The position numbers and the translations under genes were made by a program. Below the pieces are notes generated by a model, which saw nothing but the letters and a program-made list of their open reading frames with translations, was not told where the DNA came from and ran no database searches. A DNA stretch of 64,000 nucleotides. Origin: Mytilus californianus (lineage: Eukaryota). The stretch is from positions 43,958,001 to 44,022,000 of the forward strand of contig NW_026262679.1 in the NCBI RefSeq assembly GCF_021869535.1, read 5' to 3'. Positions 62,634 through 64,000 of this stretch are shown here, piece after piece (within the stretch, counting starts at the first letter, position 1; each line of letters begins with the position of its first letter).

Positions 62634-64000
62634 GTGAGTATACTGGTACCAGTTACATAAAGATGAAACAAGTAATAGGTCCGGGAACATAGTTATCGTC
62701 CCTTGATTTTCGACAAATATAGTCCCTATTGTGGACAGTGTGTTACTTGGCATTTTTTATTATACCCTTTCCAAATTTAATCTTCACGTTTTATGCCTCA
62801 AATAGTAAGATGAAATTACACTGTAAAAAAATTTGCATCATGAATTTTAAAGTAAAGTAGTGATTTGATCCAGCTAAAAAAGGTTAAAAATTAGTATTTT
62901 GGAAGCTGTCAAAAGAATTCAAGACCCCCTTAACATAAAATTGTCCATATTTTTAGGTCGAGCTTATTAAGTTTTCTATAATTTTGATATAATTTGTCCC
63001 AAAAGTAGTACAGCACACTGTATAAATATTATTGAGAAAGCGCAGGTGAGATTTTTTTAATTTTCAGTTATTGTCTAAAAGAAATGCACTACGAAATAAC
63101 TGTGTTTTCAGGCCTAAGTCTCTAATTTTTAGTTCACATATTTTGACACGGCTTAATGTAATACGTGCCAAGAAGAATTCACTGTCTAAAAAGTGTATGA
63201 ATAGAGTGTCATACAATCATCACATTTGATAACAAATTCCAGGTCAAGATGTAAAAATTATAAAAGTTCTCTCAAAGATATATACACCAATCTCAAGCAA
63301 GTTTAATTTATGGATGAATTACACAGATTGATGTTATTGAACAATTGTTTCTCACTGTGATGTAAATACATAATCATTGTGCCATAGGAAATATAGGGGG
63401 AAGTATACGAATTCGAAAGTTGTCTATAGTGATAGAATATTTTTGTTCCTGTATTTATATATACGTCTTCACAATACTGTAAATAAATGCACCTTACAAA
63501 TAAGAATTTATCATGGAGGAATCTCTTTTATTTCCAAATAAAAATATGTAGACATTCTGTTGCATACAGAATCTGCTTAGATTTTCAAATTGACATTACC
63601 ATACTTTGATAAAATTAACAGGACCAATTTTTCTACACCAGATGCCCATTTTAACAATAAATGCCTCGAGCTCTTCAGTGATACTCAAGGCCAAAATATT
63701 TGAAAATCCAAAACTTATTTAAAATGAAGAGCTAATAAACCTAAAAATTTGTATGGGTTCCGCGGAACCCAGTGTCTCGCCTACTTTTGCTGTTAGTCGC
63801 AGGCTCAACAAAAATGGGGAAAAAATTATTAAAAATTTTCCTCTAGAATTACTATCTTTTGATTGTAAGAAGTTCTGTTCAAGTTTGGTAAAAATCCAAA
63901 AAGGTTTATGAATCTAATAAATGTTTTAAAAACTTTAACTGCAGACTGTACGTAATGTTAACTGGAATAAAACTAAGTCCATTTATAAGTAATACGAAAA

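Noticed and set aside
63241-63365. Possible next LRR-like exon after 62633
   Set aside because: All three frames hit stops after the ccag acceptor.

Overview
AT-rich, intron-containing animal DNA. The dispersed repeats look like those of a bivalve, probably Mytilus (my inference). Three gene loci are supported. (1) A large ZNFX1-like UPF1/SF1 helicase with a zinc-finger array on + (exon 8893-15256 spliced to exon 17118-17851, about 2365 codons). It is open throughout except for one in-frame TAG exactly at the Walker A lysine (GPPGTG*TY, 10366-10368). Its Cys/His array is expanded, its RZ finger is degenerate, and it ends in an RGG-rich tail. (2) A two-exon SDHAF4 on - (41331-41286, 39968-39661). 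(3) An unrecognised + gene with phase-consistent exons 52275-52873, 53336-53640 and 56942-57025, encoding 18-aa Q/N/G/M repeats, polyproline and a WH2-like motif. An orphan LRR-type exon lies downstream at 62486-62633. The rest is repeat-rich: Penelope-like RT fragments, a LINE fragment, a tRNA-derived SINE, many Helentron-associated (HINE-like) elements with internal tandem repeats, several MITEs, minisatellites of 25, 28, 38/51, 39 and 47 bp, and long inverted repeats. I found no rRNA, bona fide tRNA or CRISPR array. All calls come from reading the sequence; no searches were run.
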